NCBI GenBank assembly: GCA_024644045.1
Contig: JAHELT010000005.1
Location: 8,149 to 72,148 of the forward strand
Length of the DNA: 64,000 nucleotides
Direction of reading: 5' to 3'
Origin: Chromatiales bacterium
GTDB taxonomy: Bacteria > Pseudomonadota > Gammaproteobacteria > JAHELT01
Below are positions 7,835 to 17,962 of the stretch, in pieces. Numbering within the stretch: the first letter of the stretch is position 1; the number at the start of each line of letters is the position of its first letter. The translations under genes and the position numbers were made by a program. The notes under the pieces were generated by a model that was not told the DNA's origin, made no database searches, and was given only the letters and a program-made list of their open reading frames with translations.

Positions 7835-9412
7835 CTAGTACCACTGATCTTTCGCCGCCCGCTTCTTTCTGTTCATGAAATCCAGCAGTGCCTCGTCGAC
7901 GGCGGGATCCATCGCCGGGCGTTGATACTCGGCCAGCAGCCTGGTCCAGTGCTCGTAGGCGCGCTGCTGCATGTCCTTGCTGCCATCGTCAGTCCACTGC
8001 TCGAAGGATTTCGTGTCGCTCAGGGTCGAGTGGTAGTTCGTCTTGAAGTTGCGCAGGGTGTGTGCGGTGCCAAGAAAATTCGTGCCGATGCCGGCCTCGA
8101 GGTAAGCGTCTGCGCCGAGATCGTTGTCGTCCAACGCGAGCCCCTGAACCTGGCGCGCGATGCCGGCGCAACGATCCGCGTCCATGACGAACTTCTCGTA
8201 GCCGATGCTCAGACCGCCCTCGAGCCACCCCGCGGCCTGAAACACGAAATTCGCACCCGCCATGATCGCCGGATTCATCGTGTCCGCCGACTCCATCATG
8301 GCCTGTGCGTCTGCGATCTTGGAGGCGGTCAGATGGCCGCCGCAGCGAAACGGCAGCCCCAGCCGTCGGCACAGCTGTGAAATCGCCAGACAGGCGAGCG
8401 TGGATTCAGGGGTCCCGAACGTAGGTGCGCCGGTCTTCAGATCCATGGTGGTGAGGAAGCTGCCGTACACCACGGGCGCGCCTCTACGCACCAGCTGCGT
8501 CAGCGCAATGCCCACCATCGCCTCCGCGTGGGCCTGTGCGATCAGTGCGCCCTGCGTGACCGGGCTCATCGCGCCGGCGAGTATGAACGGCGATACCACA
8601 TTACCCTGGTTCGCCCCCGCATAGGCACGCAGGGCACGCGTCATCGTGTCGTCATACACCAGCGGTGAATTGACGTTGATGTTGCCCTGTATAACCAGGT
8701 GTTCTTGCATGAACGCCTCGCCGAATACGATGCGCGCCATCGTCAGCGAATCCTCCGCGCGTTCCGGTGCGGTCACCGACCCCATGAACGGCTTGTCCGA
8801 GTAGCGCAGATGCGCATAAACCATATCCAGATGACGTTTGTTGACCGCGACATCCACAGGCTCGCACACAGTGCCGCTCTGGTGTTGCAGCGCGGGTGTC
8901 ATGTAAGTGAGCTTGACGAAGTTCTGAAAGTCTTCGACCGTGCCGTAACGGCGGCCGCGCTTCAGATCGGTCACGAAGGGCGAACCGTATGCCGGCGCCA
9001 GTACCAGATTATCGCCGCCGAAGTCGATGCTCCGCGCCGGTGTGCGCGCGTGCATGCGAAAGGTTCTGGGTGCGGTCTCGCAAAGCGAACGCACATGCCC
9101 CCGGTCGAAGCGCAGGCGCTCCCCGTCCACCGTCGCCCCTGCCTCCCTGAACAGCTGCAGCGCGTCGGGATCACCGCGCAGCTCGATACCGATCTCGGCG
9201 AGGATCCAATCGGCGTGATTCTCCAGCGTTACCAGCGCCTCTTCGTCAAGCAGCTTGTAGACGGGCGTCCTGCGTCGGATAAGGGCGGAGGCGGTTTGCG
9301 GGCCCCGCTGACACTCGGCGAGATGTGCGGCGCGGCCGCCCCGGCGCCCCCGGCGCCGCGCGGGAACACCCGCGGGCGTGCGGTCCGAGGGCGGTGTGGA
9401 AGCGTCTCGCAT
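7835..9412 (-). CDS. Trimethylamine methyltransferase (MttB) family protein, non-pyrrolysine type
   Basis: APAYGSPFV, CEPVD, NVNSPL, GAMSPVT, GAPTFGTPE, AAGWLEGGL; Leu at the Pyl-equivalent site (GGHLTASK). Confidence 0.9.
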   Translation of the reverse strand: MRDASTPPSDRTPAGVPARRRGRRGGRAAHLAECQRGPQTASALIRRRTPVYKLLDEEALVTLENHADWILAEIGIELRGDPDALQLFREAGATVDGERLRFDRGHVRSLCETAPRTFRMHARTPARSIDFGGDNLVLAPAYGSPFVTDLKRGRRYGTVEDFQNFVKLTYMTPALQHQSGTVCEPVDVAVNKRHLDMVYAHLRYSDKPFMGSVTAPERAEDSLTMARIVFGEAFMQEHLVIQGNINVNSPLVYDDTMTRALRAYAGANQGNVVSPFILAGAMSPVTQGALIAQAHAEAMVGIALTQLVRRGAPVVYGSFLTTMDLKTGAPTFGTPESTLACLAISQLCRRLGLPFRCGGHLTASKIADAQAMMESADTMNPAIMAGANFVFQAAGWLEGGLSIGYEKFVMDADRCAGIARQVQGLALDDNDLGADAYLEAGIGTNFLGTAHTLRNFKTNYHSTLSDTKSFEQWTDDGSKDMQQRAYEHWTRLLAEYQRPAMDPAVDEALLDFMNRKKRAAKDQWY

Positions 9413-9546
9413 TGTTCGATTTTCTTGCCCCGATCACGGCCGCTGGTCAGTTCAGGCCCAGCGATTTCTCGACTATATGCCGTATCCGGGACCGGGCACA
9501 AACCTAATGATTTGCACTATTCGTTCAAATAATCTAAACATTAGAG

Positions 9547-10437
9547 ATGCGCTTCCTAGCCTACGACAGCCTGCGATTGTTCACCGTGGTCGCGCGCCAT
9601 CTGAGCTATACCGCCGCGGCCGTCGAACTCAATCTGAGCAAAGGCGCGGTCAGCTATCGGATCGCGCGACTCGAGCACGGGCTCGGTTTCAAGTTGTTCC
9701 ACCGCCAAAATCGCAGGATCTCGCTCACCGCGAAAGGGAAACGGCTGCTGAGCAATGCACGCACGGCTTTCGAGGAGCTGGAGACGGAGATCGAGACCCT
9801 GCGCCGTGACGGCCGCAGCGTGGTCACGATCGGTATGTCGACCTATTTCGCTTCGCGCTGGCTTTCGCCGCGGCTGATGACTTTCACGAGCCGGTTTCCG
9901 GCTGTCGGACTTCGGCTGCAACCCACGGTCGGTCCGGTCGACTTGCGCACGCAGGATATCGACATGGTAATCCGTTGGGGTAACGGTAAGTGGACCGACC
10001 TCGAGATCGAACGACTGTTCGACTGCCCTGCCTTCCCGACAGCGGGCGCTGCGATGGCACGCGCCGTCGAGAAATCCGGTCTGACGTCTGCATTGGAGAA
10101 GGCCACGCTGCTGCACGACTACGAAGGAAGCAACGCCTGGCGGAACTGGTTTCACGTGGCCGGCATGCCGTACCCCTCACAGCGCGAGGATCTCGTGATC
10201 CCTGATCCGAACGTGCGCGTACAGGCGGTCATCGACGGGCAGGGCGTCGCGTTGAATGACGCGCTGGTAAATCCCGAGCTGGAGGCCGGCAGGCTGTTTC
10301 GGATTTCCGAAGTTCGCCTGACAGATTACGGTTACTTCCTCGCCTTTCCCCGGCAGGCGCTCGACAACCCGGCGTTGAAACAGTTTCTCGACTGGATCAC
10401 CCAGGAGGCGCGCGGCGAGAAAGACACGTCATCCTGA
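9547..10437 (+). CDS. LysR-family regulator (GcvA-like), divergent from the mttB-like/aminomethyltransferase operon
   Basis: N-terminal HTH (SYTAAAVELNLSKGAVSYRIARLE), RWLSPRL, DMVIRWG. Confidence 0.9.
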   Translation: MRFLAYDSLRLFTVVARHLSYTAAAVELNLSKGAVSYRIARLEHGLGFKLFHRQNRRISLTAKGKRLLSNARTAFEELETEIETLRRDGRSVVTIGMSTYFASRWLSPRLMTFTSRFPAVGLRLQPTVGPVDLRTQDIDMVIRWGNGKWTDLEIERLFDCPAFPTAGAAMARAVEKSGLTSALEKATLLHDYEGSNAWRNWFHVAGMPYPSQREDLVIPDPNVRVQAVIDGQGVALNDALVNPELEAGRLFRISEVRLTDYGYFLAFPRQALDNPALKQFLDWITQEARGEKDTSS

Positions 10438-10616
10438 AGCGCGCGGGAAATCGAGTGCGATAGCCTGATTGTCGACAGCGGATCGGCTGCACGCCGACGA
10501 ACCGCTGCAAGGCAGACAGACGTAACAAATGTTGACAATGGGCTGGGGGGAAACTGCTAATCTGCCCAGCCGGTTTTTTCGCTTCCGGCGACCGCCAACC
10601 AAAGGAGAGATAAACA

Positions 10617-10823
10617 ATGTCTGTTGCACGAGTCACCGAGATCATAGCGCAATCGTCCAAGGGCTTCGACGAAGCGCTGCACGATGGTATCAAGCGCGCC
10701 AACAAGACCCTGCGCAATGTCAAATCGGTGTGGATCAAAGATCAAAGCGTCGACCTGAACAAGAAAGGCGCCATCGACACGTACCGCGTGGCCTTGAAAG
10801 TAACTTTCGTTCTGGAGGGCTGA
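10617..10823 (+). CDS. Dodecin-family flavin-binding protein
   Basis: 68 aa, SVARVTEIIAQSSKGFDEA...RANKTLRNV...YRVALKVTFVLE; AAGGAG RBS. Confidence 0.9.
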   Translation: MSVARVTEIIAQSSKGFDEALHDGIKRANKTLRNVKSVWIKDQSVDLNKKGAIDTYRVALKVTFVLEG

Positions 10824-10826
10824 GTG

Positions 10827-11375
10827 ATGGAGCTGCTGGACGCCATTCTGGGCGCGGGCGGCGGTCGGGTGCTGCAACAGCTCTCCGGCCAGCACGGGCT
10901 CAGCACCGACCAGACCCGCAGCGCGCTGGAGCAACTCGTGCCCAACCTGGCCAACGGGGTCAATCGCAACGTAAGCCAGGCGGGTGGTCTGGAAAGCCTG
11001 CTGGGCGCGCTGCAGAAAGGCCGCCACGGCGACTACCTGGAACGGCCCGAAAAGCTGACGGACGAAGCCACGCGCCAGGATGGTAACAACATCCTCGGTC
11101 ATCTGCTCGGGAGCAAAGAGGAAAGCCGGCGCGTCGCGGGCGAAGCGGCACAGAACACGGGCCTCGACGCCGGCATTCTGAAAAGCCTGCTGCCGGTTGC
11201 AGCGACCCTGGTCATGGGTGCCCTGAGCAAGCAGACCGCCGCCAACGACAACCCGCTCGGCAACCTGCTCGGCGGGCCAGGCGATCTGCTCAGCGGCCTG
11301 CTTGGCGGTGGCGGCGCGGGCAAGAGCACCGGCACCGACGTGGTCAGCATGCTGGGACGTTTTCTGAGCAAGTAA
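10827..11375 (+). CDS. DUF937-family protein
   Basis: DGNNILGHLLGSKEESR and LLPVAATLVMGAL motifs, Gly/Leu-rich tail. Confidence 0.75.
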   Translation: MELLDAILGAGGGRVLQQLSGQHGLSTDQTRSALEQLVPNLANGVNRNVSQAGGLESLLGALQKGRHGDYLERPEKLTDEATRQDGNNILGHLLGSKEESRRVAGEAAQNTGLDAGILKSLLPVAATLVMGALSKQTAANDNPLGNLLGGPGDLLSGLLGGGGAGKSTGTDVVSMLGRFLSK

Positions 11376-11611
11376 CCGGCCGGCCGGCGTTGCGGATCAC
11401 GCGAACTGCGAATTCGCGCCCGACGACCGGACCTTAATCCTTCTCAAACCACGAGCACGAGCACGACCGGGCGCCAGGCGTCCGGTCGGCCTGTCGCCGC
11501 GTGGTCCGCCCGTAAGCTCTAACAATTGTTCACAGAATGCGTCTTTACTGCGGCGTGCCAAACCCCGATTCTCACGTCCCGACAACACGAACCGCCACCT
11601 GAGGAATCTTC

Positions 11612-11911
11612 ATGGATATCGTATCGATTGGCGTCAGTCTGCTCAGCGGCGCCGTAGGCGGCAACCTCGCCGGGAACCTGATGAAAAACCTGAGCCTCGG
11701 CACCCTGGGCAATTCGCTGGTCGGCATTCTCGGCGGCGGCATCGGCGGGCAGATACTGGGCGCGCTGGGCGTCGCTGCCGGCGGCGCCGGCGGTGAAACG
11801 GTGGATGTGGGCGCGCTGATCGGCAGTGTGGCATCCGGCGGCGTTGGCGGCGGTGTCCTGCTGGCGGTGATCGGTGCCGTCAAGCGCGTGCTGGCGCCCA
11901 GCGGAAACTGA
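11612..11911 (+). CDS. Small glycine-rich membrane protein (transglycosylase-associated/GlsB-YeaQ-like)
   Basis: SGAVGGNLAG, GNSLVGILGGGIGGQIL, SGGVGGGVLL; GAGG RBS. Confidence 0.75.
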   Translation: MDIVSIGVSLLSGAVGGNLAGNLMKNLSLGTLGNSLVGILGGGIGGQILGALGVAAGGAGGETVDVGALIGSVASGGVGGGVLLAVIGAVKRVLAPSGN

Positions 11912-11999
11912 TTCAGGCCGCCGGCGCTAGTTTCTGTCATCCGCACACGGTGCCGCGCCGCGGCGACAACATCAAAGCAAAACCCGGACCTCTATTTCA

Positions 12000-12284
12000 A
12001 TGCTTTGCGCTTTAATCGTACTGGCGATGGCGCTCGGCGGATTGATGAGCTGGCTGTTGCGGCCGGTTGCGGCCGACGCCTCGAAGGCAGCCGCCGCCGA
12101 CATCGCCACCATCATGCAACTGCGCACCGAGCTCACCGATACGCGGCGCCGGTGCATGGAATGCGAGGCGCAGAATACCCGTCTGCGCTACGAGCTGAAC
12201 ACGCACTTGGCGTTCCCGGGTGGTACGACGCGGCACGCTGACAGCACCGTGCGGGAGAAAACAAGGCCGGGCACCCCGGTCTGA
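12000..12284 (+). CDS. Hypothetical small membrane-anchored coiled-coil protein
   Basis: Fills an intergenic gap; N-terminal hydrophobic segment followed by a heptad-like region. Confidence 0.35.
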   Translation: MLCALIVLAMALGGLMSWLLRPVAADASKAAAADIATIMQLRTELTDTRRRCMECEAQNTRLRYELNTHLAFPGGTTRHADSTVREKTRPGTPV

Positions 12285-12371
12285 CAACGGTTTCTGGTGC
12301 GGCGTCAGAGTGCAGACTGCGTCGCGCCCTTTTTTCACCCGTTCACCGCCGCCGGCGCGAAACCTCTTCCC

Positions 12372-13415
12372 TTAGAACAGGAACACGCCCTTCCCCGTGG
12401 TCTGCTTGTCGAACAGCGCGTAGGCTTCCTCGGCCTGCTCGAGCGAGTACCGGTGGGTGAAGATGCGCTCCAGCTGCACCCCGCGCTCGGCAATGAAGCG
12501 CGCGCACTCCGCCTGGCCGAGGCTCGAGAAGGTCCACGAGCCGATTATCGTGAGCTGCTTACGGATCATGTCGTTCGAGACATCGAGGGTTACCGTGTTG
12601 CCCTCGCCCACGAAACACACCGTGCCCCAGGTGCGGGTCGCGTGCACGGCCTGAAGGCGCGCCTCGGGTGAGCCGCTGCAGTCGATGGCGAGCTCGACAC
12701 CGCGTCCCCGGGTAGCCGCGCGAATCGCCTCGACCGGGTCTCCGTCAGCGGCGTTGATAATCGCGTCAGCGCCGAACGACGCTGCGATGGCGAGGCGCTC
12801 GCTCGAGATATCCAGTGCGATCACGCGCGCGCCCATCGCGTTCGCGAGCGTCACCATGCTCAAGCCGACCGGCCCCTGACCGAACACCGCGAGCGTGTCG
12901 CGCGCCGTCAGGCCCATCCGCTGGATCGCCCCGAATGCCGTGCCGGTGCCGCAGGAAACGGCCGAACCCTCCGCGAAGGACAGCGCCTCGGGAAGCGGCA
13001 CCAGCGTGCTCACCGGGACGGCCATGTACGGCGCATGCGCGCCGTGACCGGTCGCACCGTAGACGACGAAACCCTCAGGGCACAACTGCTGCCAGCCGGA
13101 GCGGCAGTGGGGGCACACGCCGCAACCCTTGTAATGGTGGCACATCACCCGCGCTCCATCGGGTGCAAGCGTTTCAGACACGTTCGCCCCCCGCGCCACC
13201 ACGACGCCGCAGGGCTCGTGCCCGCCGATGATCGGGCTGCCGTCACCGCCCAGCCCCAGCGACTTCGCGCCCTCCGCGGCCCGGTAGAAGTGCAGGTCGC
13301 TCCCGCACATTCCGGACGCCTTGATCTCGAGCACCACCTCGTCGGGCCCGGGCGACGGATCGGGAAACTCCATCAGCTCGAGCTGCCGGCTGCCTTTGAA
13401 AACCACGCCTTTCAC
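12372..13415 (-). CDS. Zinc-dependent alcohol dehydrogenase (MDR family)
   Basis: GMCGSDLH, GHEPCG, CGVCPHC...C structural Zn site, GQGPVG. Confidence 0.93.
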   Translation of the reverse strand: MKGVVFKGSRQLELMEFPDPSPGPDEVVLEIKASGMCGSDLHFYRAAEGAKSLGLGGDGSPIIGGHEPCGVVVARGANVSETLAPDGARVMCHHYKGCGVCPHCRSGWQQLCPEGFVVYGATGHGAHAPYMAVPVSTLVPLPEALSFAEGSAVSCGTGTAFGAIQRMGLTARDTLAVFGQGPVGLSMVTLANAMGARVIALDISSERLAIAASFGADAIINAADGDPVEAIRAATRGRGVELAIDCSGSPEARLQAVHATRTWGTVCFVGEGNTVTLDVSNDMIRKQLTIIGSWTFSSLGQAECARFIAERGVQLERIFTHRYSLEQAEEAYALFDKQTTGKGVFLF

Positions 13416-13448
13416 TGCGCTCCCCCTGACGTCATCGGCCGACGGCCA

Positions 13449-14954
13449 TCAGCCGACCACGAACGGGTTGGCCACCTCTTCGGCGGTGGAAATCCACACG
13501 CTCTTGGTCTGCAGGTACTCGCGGATCGCCTCCTGGCCGAGCTCGCGCCCGAGGCCGCTTCGTTTGTAACCGCCGAAGGGCGTGGTGTAGCTCAGCGCGC
13601 GGTAGGTGTTCACCCACACCGTGCCCGCCTGCAGCCGCCGGGCCATGGTGAAGGCGCGGCGGATGTTCTCCGTCCACACGCCGGCCGCCAGGCCGAACAC
13701 CACATCGTTGCCGATCGCTACCGCCTCGTCGTCGTCGGTGAAAGGGATCACGGAGAGCACCGGGCCGAACACCTCCTCCTGGGCGATGCGCATGTCGTTG
13801 CGCACCCCGGTAAAAATCGTCGGCTCGACGAACCAGCCGTCGCCGCACTCCGGGCGTTGGGCTTTACCGCCGCCGAGCACGGTTTGCGCGCCCTCACCCT
13901 TGGCGACATCGATGTAACCGAGCACCTTCTTGTACTGGGGCAGGTTGGTCACCGGACCGACCTGGGTGTCGAGCTCCATCGGGTTGCCCATCCTGGCAGT
14001 GCGGGCGAAGTCGACCAGCCGCTCGACGAACTCGTCATGCACGCTGCGCTGCACCAGCAGCCGCGAGCCGGCCACGCAGGTCTGCCCGGTCGCGGCGAAG
14101 ATACCGGAAACAGCGCCCTTCACCGCGTTGTCCATGTTGGCGTCCGCGAACACGATGTTGGGCGACTTGCCGCCGAGTTCCAGGCTCACGCGCTTGATGT
14201 CCCTGGCAGCCTCGGAGTAGATGTGCGCGCCGGTGCGGTCGGAACCGGTGAAGGCCACCTTGCGCACCAGGGGATGCTCGATGAGGGGCTGACCGGCTTC
14301 CGGGCCGAAGCCGGTGACGACGTTCACGACGCCTTTGGGGAAACCCGCCTGCTCGATCAGCTTGACGAACTCGAGCGTCGACGCCGAGGTGTACTCCGAG
14401 GGCTTCACCACCACGGTGTTACCGGCTGCCAGCGCGGGCGCGAGCTTCCAGGCCGTCAGCAGCAGCGGCGAGTTCCACGGGATGATCGCCGCGCAGACCC
14501 CCAGGGGCTCATGCAGCGTGTAGGTGAAAGCGGCCTTGTCGTTGGGAATAACCGCGCCTTCGATCTTGTCGGCGAGACCGGCGAAGTAGTGGTAGAAGCT
14601 GGGCGCGTACCGGAGCTGCGCCGCCATTTCGCTCAGCAGCTTGCCGTTGTCCTTCACCTCGAGCTCGCCCAGGCGCTCGGCGTTCTCGGCCACCAGGTCG
14701 CCGAGTCTGCGCAACAGCGCGCCGCGCTGGCTGGCGTTCAGCGCGGGCCACGGGCCGCTCGTGAAAGCGCGATCAGCCGCCTTTACCGCACGGTCCGCGT
14801 CCTCGGCGTTGCCGCGCGCGATGAGGCACCAGGGCTTCGCGGTATAGGGGTCGAAACTCTCGAACCAGTCGCCCGACGCCGAGTCTACGAACTCGCCGTC
14901 GATGTACATTTTAAGCTTGGGAAACGTGTCCCGCGCTTTCATCGGCGTTGCCAT
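13449..14954 (-). CDS. Aldehyde dehydrogenase
   Basis: PWNSP, KPSE, FTGS, LELGGKSP, GQTCVAG, EEVFGPV, PFGGYKRSG. Confidence 0.95.
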   Translation of the reverse strand: MATPMKARDTFPKLKMYIDGEFVDSASGDWFESFDPYTAKPWCLIARGNAEDADRAVKAADRAFTSGPWPALNASQRGALLRRLGDLVAENAERLGELEVKDNGKLLSEMAAQLRYAPSFYHYFAGLADKIEGAVIPNDKAAFTYTLHEPLGVCAAIIPWNSPLLLTAWKLAPALAAGNTVVVKPSEYTSASTLEFVKLIEQAGFPKGVVNVVTGFGPEAGQPLIEHPLVRKVAFTGSDRTGAHIYSEAARDIKRVSLELGGKSPNIVFADANMDNAVKGAVSGIFAATGQTCVAGSRLLVQRSVHDEFVERLVDFARTARMGNPMELDTQVGPVTNLPQYKKVLGYIDVAKGEGAQTVLGGGKAQRPECGDGWFVEPTIFTGVRNDMRIAQEEVFGPVLSVIPFTDDDEAVAIGNDVVFGLAAGVWTENIRRAFTMARRLQAGTVWVNTYRALSYTTPFGGYKRSGLGRELGQEAIREYLQTKSVWISTAEEVANPFVVG

Positions 14955-14977
14955 GGGGGGTATCTCCTGTCGCATCC

Positions 14978-15170
14978 TCAGCGTCGCGGCAACGAGGGAT
15001 CCACGTGATCCCACGGCTGCTTGAACTGCGAATATACAACCATCTGGGGTTGGTAGGCACTCGGATCGTCGAGCGTCGCGGCATGCAAGACGAGATACTC
15101 GGGTACGCGGAAGAGGTCTTCAGAACCGGGCTGCCGCAGTCGGCGCAGAAGCCGCTGTTGACCGTGTTCC
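14978..15170 (-). pseudogene. 3' remnant of a GFA-family (Cys-rich Zn-binding) gene with a frameshift
   Basis: One frame gives NTVNSGFCADCGSPVLKTSSAYP; the adjacent frame continues EYLVLHAATLDDPSAYQPQMVVY...PWD; the N-terminal half is absent. Confidence 0.65.
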
Positions 15171-15208
15171 TGACGGGTGCCGGAACGAATCCGCTCAGGG
15201 GCCACCAA

Positions 15209-15409
15209 TCACGCTATTCGCCTTCCGGACTGCAGCCCGCTGCGCCCCAGCCCGCCGGTCAGCAGGTCGTCGCTCACACCGTCATAGACGTTGTGGACAA
15301 CCGGCCCATACACGAAGTGCGGCGGGCGCGGTGCCGAAAGCGCAGCGGGTGAGGTGAGCGTAGCCAACAGGCCACCGGTCGAAAGGATGCTGATGAGCGT
15401 TGTTTTCAT
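15209..15409 (-). pseudogene. 5' remnant of a 3-hydroxybutyrate-oligomer hydrolase gene
   Basis: AGGAGG RBS, signal peptide, then YDGVSDDLLTGGLGRSGL (family N-terminal signature); stops after 66 aa although family members are several hundred aa long. Confidence 0.65.
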
Positions 15410-15515
15410 AATCTCCTCCTGAGGTTGGGACCGGCCCGGTGGTAGCACGGATCGTAGAAGCACCGGTGCCTTCACAGATGGACATAGTTTGAGTTCACAG
15501 CCGAAATTATCGAGT

Positions 15516-16307
15516 TCAATTGTTTCTGTTGTCCTGCAGCAACAGCATGCTTCCCTGGTCGACCTGAATGAGTCCGCGTTTCGGCCGGTCGAGGTCGATG
15601 ATGATGAACACGATCATCGCGATCAGGAAAGCCACCATGATCGTCGGCGCCACCACCCGTCGACCGCTCAATCCGCTCGAGTAACCCAGCATACTGCCGG
15701 AGGCGATAAACACGATAAACAGCAGCACAAGCACGACTTCCGGCACGTGCATCTGAAGCAACGCATTTCTTTTCCCCTGGCTGTCGATAAGCTCATTGAG
15801 CGATGTGATGAACGCCCCGGTCGTCACCGGGCGTGGATCATCCTGCGCCGCCATTACCGCCAGTGACCAGAGCGCGTTCTGGAGCCGTGAAATCTGACCG
15901 TCGTATTGCTTTCGTTCTTCACGCCTCGTCAGGTCCAGTTTACCGATAGCAATACGCAGAGCGATGTACTCTTCAAGCAGACGTACGGCTTTTTCCCGGT
16001 ATTGTTCGGGCAGCAATTGAACGCGCAGTTCGACGGTGCCGATTGCATTTGCTTCGGCAATCAAGGCCTGGCTGCGTCCGTCAAATCGCTGCATCGACAT
16101 GCTGAACGTGAAGCCGAGCAGCAGTGCCAGCAGGCCCAGTATGCTCGCCTGAATGGCGCCGGTCAGTGTCTTGATTTCGGTATCGGTGCTGCCCTGGACG
16201 AAACGGCCGATCCGGAACCCGATCTCATTAGATACAACGAGTAGTCCAAATAGCGTCGCGGTGATCGCGATGCTGGAGAAGTCATACAGAAGCTGCTGCT
16301 GATCCAT
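15516..16307 (-). CDS. DUF4239/bestrophin-like membrane protein
   Basis: LLALLLGFTFSM, EANAIGT, IIDLDRPKRGLIQV. Confidence 0.75.
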   Translation of the reverse strand: MDQQQLLYDFSSIAITATLFGLLVVSNEIGFRIGRFVQGSTDTEIKTLTGAIQASILGLLALLLGFTFSMSMQRFDGRSQALIAEANAIGTVELRVQLLPEQYREKAVRLLEEYIALRIAIGKLDLTRREERKQYDGQISRLQNALWSLAVMAAQDDPRPVTTGAFITSLNELIDSQGKRNALLQMHVPEVVLVLLFIVFIASGSMLGYSSGLSGRRVVAPTIMVAFLIAMIVFIIIDLDRPKRGLIQVDQGSMLLLQDNRNN

Positions 16308-16391
16308 AGTCCGTAAAATTCCTTGTGCGGCCCCAGGCGTCGGTCACGACGTACCGTTGGACAACCGTCCGGTCATCAACACAGGCTGATC

Positions 16392-16975
16392 TCATCGCAT
16401 CGGCTCGATGCGCTTGTCAGCCGCCAGCCTGTTCCTCGTCAACACATGGACAGACCATACAACGACGCCGGCACCCGCGAGGATCGCAATAACCAGCACT
16501 TCATAACGTTTCACATCACCAATGATGAGTTCGAGCGTGTGTCCGAAAAGATAGCCCAACGTGCCAATGACGGTCGCCCATGCAGCGGCACCGAGCGTGT
16601 TCAATACCAGGAAGCGGGACGGTGAAATACTCGAGGCGCCTATCAGGAACGGTGTTACCGTGCGCAGCCCATAGAGAAACCGGAAGCCCAGAACGAGCCA
16701 CAGCTGGTGGCGCTCCAGCAACCGGAACACTTTCTCCGATTCCGCTTTCCAGCCCCGCCGTTTTTCAAGCAATCCCTTACCCTTCACTCGACCGATATGG
16801 AAATACAGCTGGTCGCCGGCCAGCGTGCCCGGAAACGCGCACACTATGACCCAGGGCAATTCCAGGTAGCCTGGGCCGCGAAACCGGCAAGCACAAGGAT
16901 TGTTTCGCCCTCGAGGAAGGTACCGATGGCTATCGCCGCGTACCCGTACGTTGCTATCAGTTCTTCCAGCGGCCT
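16392..16975 (-). pseudogene. DedA-family membrane protein, frameshifted and apparently lacking a start codon
   Basis: LEELIATYGY...FLEGETILVLAGFAA lies in a different frame from GYLELPW...GDQLYF...RFLYGLR; AGG sits at the expected ATG position. Confidence 0.7.
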
Positions 16976-17116
16976 GTCTCGATCCGGTTCGGGCGTGGGC
17001 CCGGTCGGCGATGATACCGGATATGGCGCGCAGTATGGGGGCGGAGGTCGCCGCAGCGGACCGGATGCGGCCGTCGACCGGCTGACTGCTATCGGGTACG
17101 GCGCCTTCGGCGCCGC

Positions 17117-17587
17117 TCAGGTGTGGTGGCTGAACCGGGCGCGCCGCGACCCCGTCATGAGTCGCGCGAACTGCTGGGCGCTGACGCGGATCAGCTCTTC
17201 ATGATCGCCGGCCTCGAAGTAGATCTCCGGCTGCTCGGCGAGACTGTCGTCAAGCACCGTTTCGATGCCGTAGACCGCGCCCAGCGGCGGAATCGCGCCA
17301 GTGACGCAGTCGTCGAACAGCGTCTCGACCTCTTCCTCGGTGGCCAGACCGAGCCGGCGGTCGAGCGCGCGCCCCAACCGTCCGATGTCCACCCGGTGGG
17401 TCGAGGGAACCACCGCCACCAGGTACCCCCGGTCGTCCTCGAGCAGGACCGACTTGGCAAGCCGGTCGCCCGGCAGGTGCGCCGCCGCGGCGGTCCGTGC
17501 GCTGGAAGGCGCGTAGTCGTGCTGGATCACGTCGAAGGCAACGCCATGGTCGTGCAGGTAGTCTTGCACAGAGCGGGCAATGGTCAT
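17117..17587 (-). CDS. YbaK/EbsC (ProX-like) aminoacyl-tRNA deacylase family protein
   Basis: AGGAGG RBS; LAKSVLL, LATEEE, GAIPPLG, FEAGDHEELI. Confidence 0.88.
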   Translation of the reverse strand: MTIARSVQDYLHDHGVAFDVIQHDYAPSSARTAAAAHLPGDRLAKSVLLEDDRGYLVAVVPSTHRVDIGRLGRALDRRLGLATEEEVETLFDDCVTGAIPPLGAVYGIETVLDDSLAEQPEIYFEAGDHEELIRVSAQQFARLMTGSRRARFSHHT

Positions 17588-17710
17588 GGTGACTCCTCCT
17601 GTTCCCGCTGGCACGTCGTCCCTCGACGCGCTTTGGAAACGTGTGAACAGGTTACTCTGATCGAAGTATAGTTCCCGGGTCAGGGATCCGCGAGGCAGAG
17701 ACACGCCACC

Positions 17711-17956
17711 ATGACCGAGAAGTTGGACATCAGGGAATCTCACCTGCGCAGCGTGCTGAAGGCGGTCTCTTACCGCCTCATCGGTACTGTCACCACCTGG
17801 CTGCTGGCCTGGTCCGTCACCGGGGATATGGCAACGGCGCTGACCATCGGTGCGCTCGAGCCGGTGGCCAAGATGGTGATCTACTACTTCCACGAACGTG
17901 CCTGGCAACAGGTGCCGCGCGGAACGGTGCGCCGGCTGATTCACCGCCACGGTTGA
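17711..17956 (+). CDS. DUF2061 small membrane protein
   Basis: ESHLRSVLKAVSYRLIGT...YYFHERAW. Confidence 0.85.
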   Translation: MTEKLDIRESHLRSVLKAVSYRLIGTVTTWLLAWSVTGDMATALTIGALEPVAKMVIYYFHERAWQQVPRGTVRRLIHRHG

Positions 17957-17962
17957 ACGCGC

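Noticed and set aside
8300..8350. Pyrrolysine read-through in MttB
   Set aside because: No in-frame TAG; Leu occupies the equivalent site
13035..15008. 657-aa plus-strand ORF
   Set aside because: Antisense shadow of the aldehyde and alcohol dehydrogenases, as expected in GC-rich DNA; no motifs
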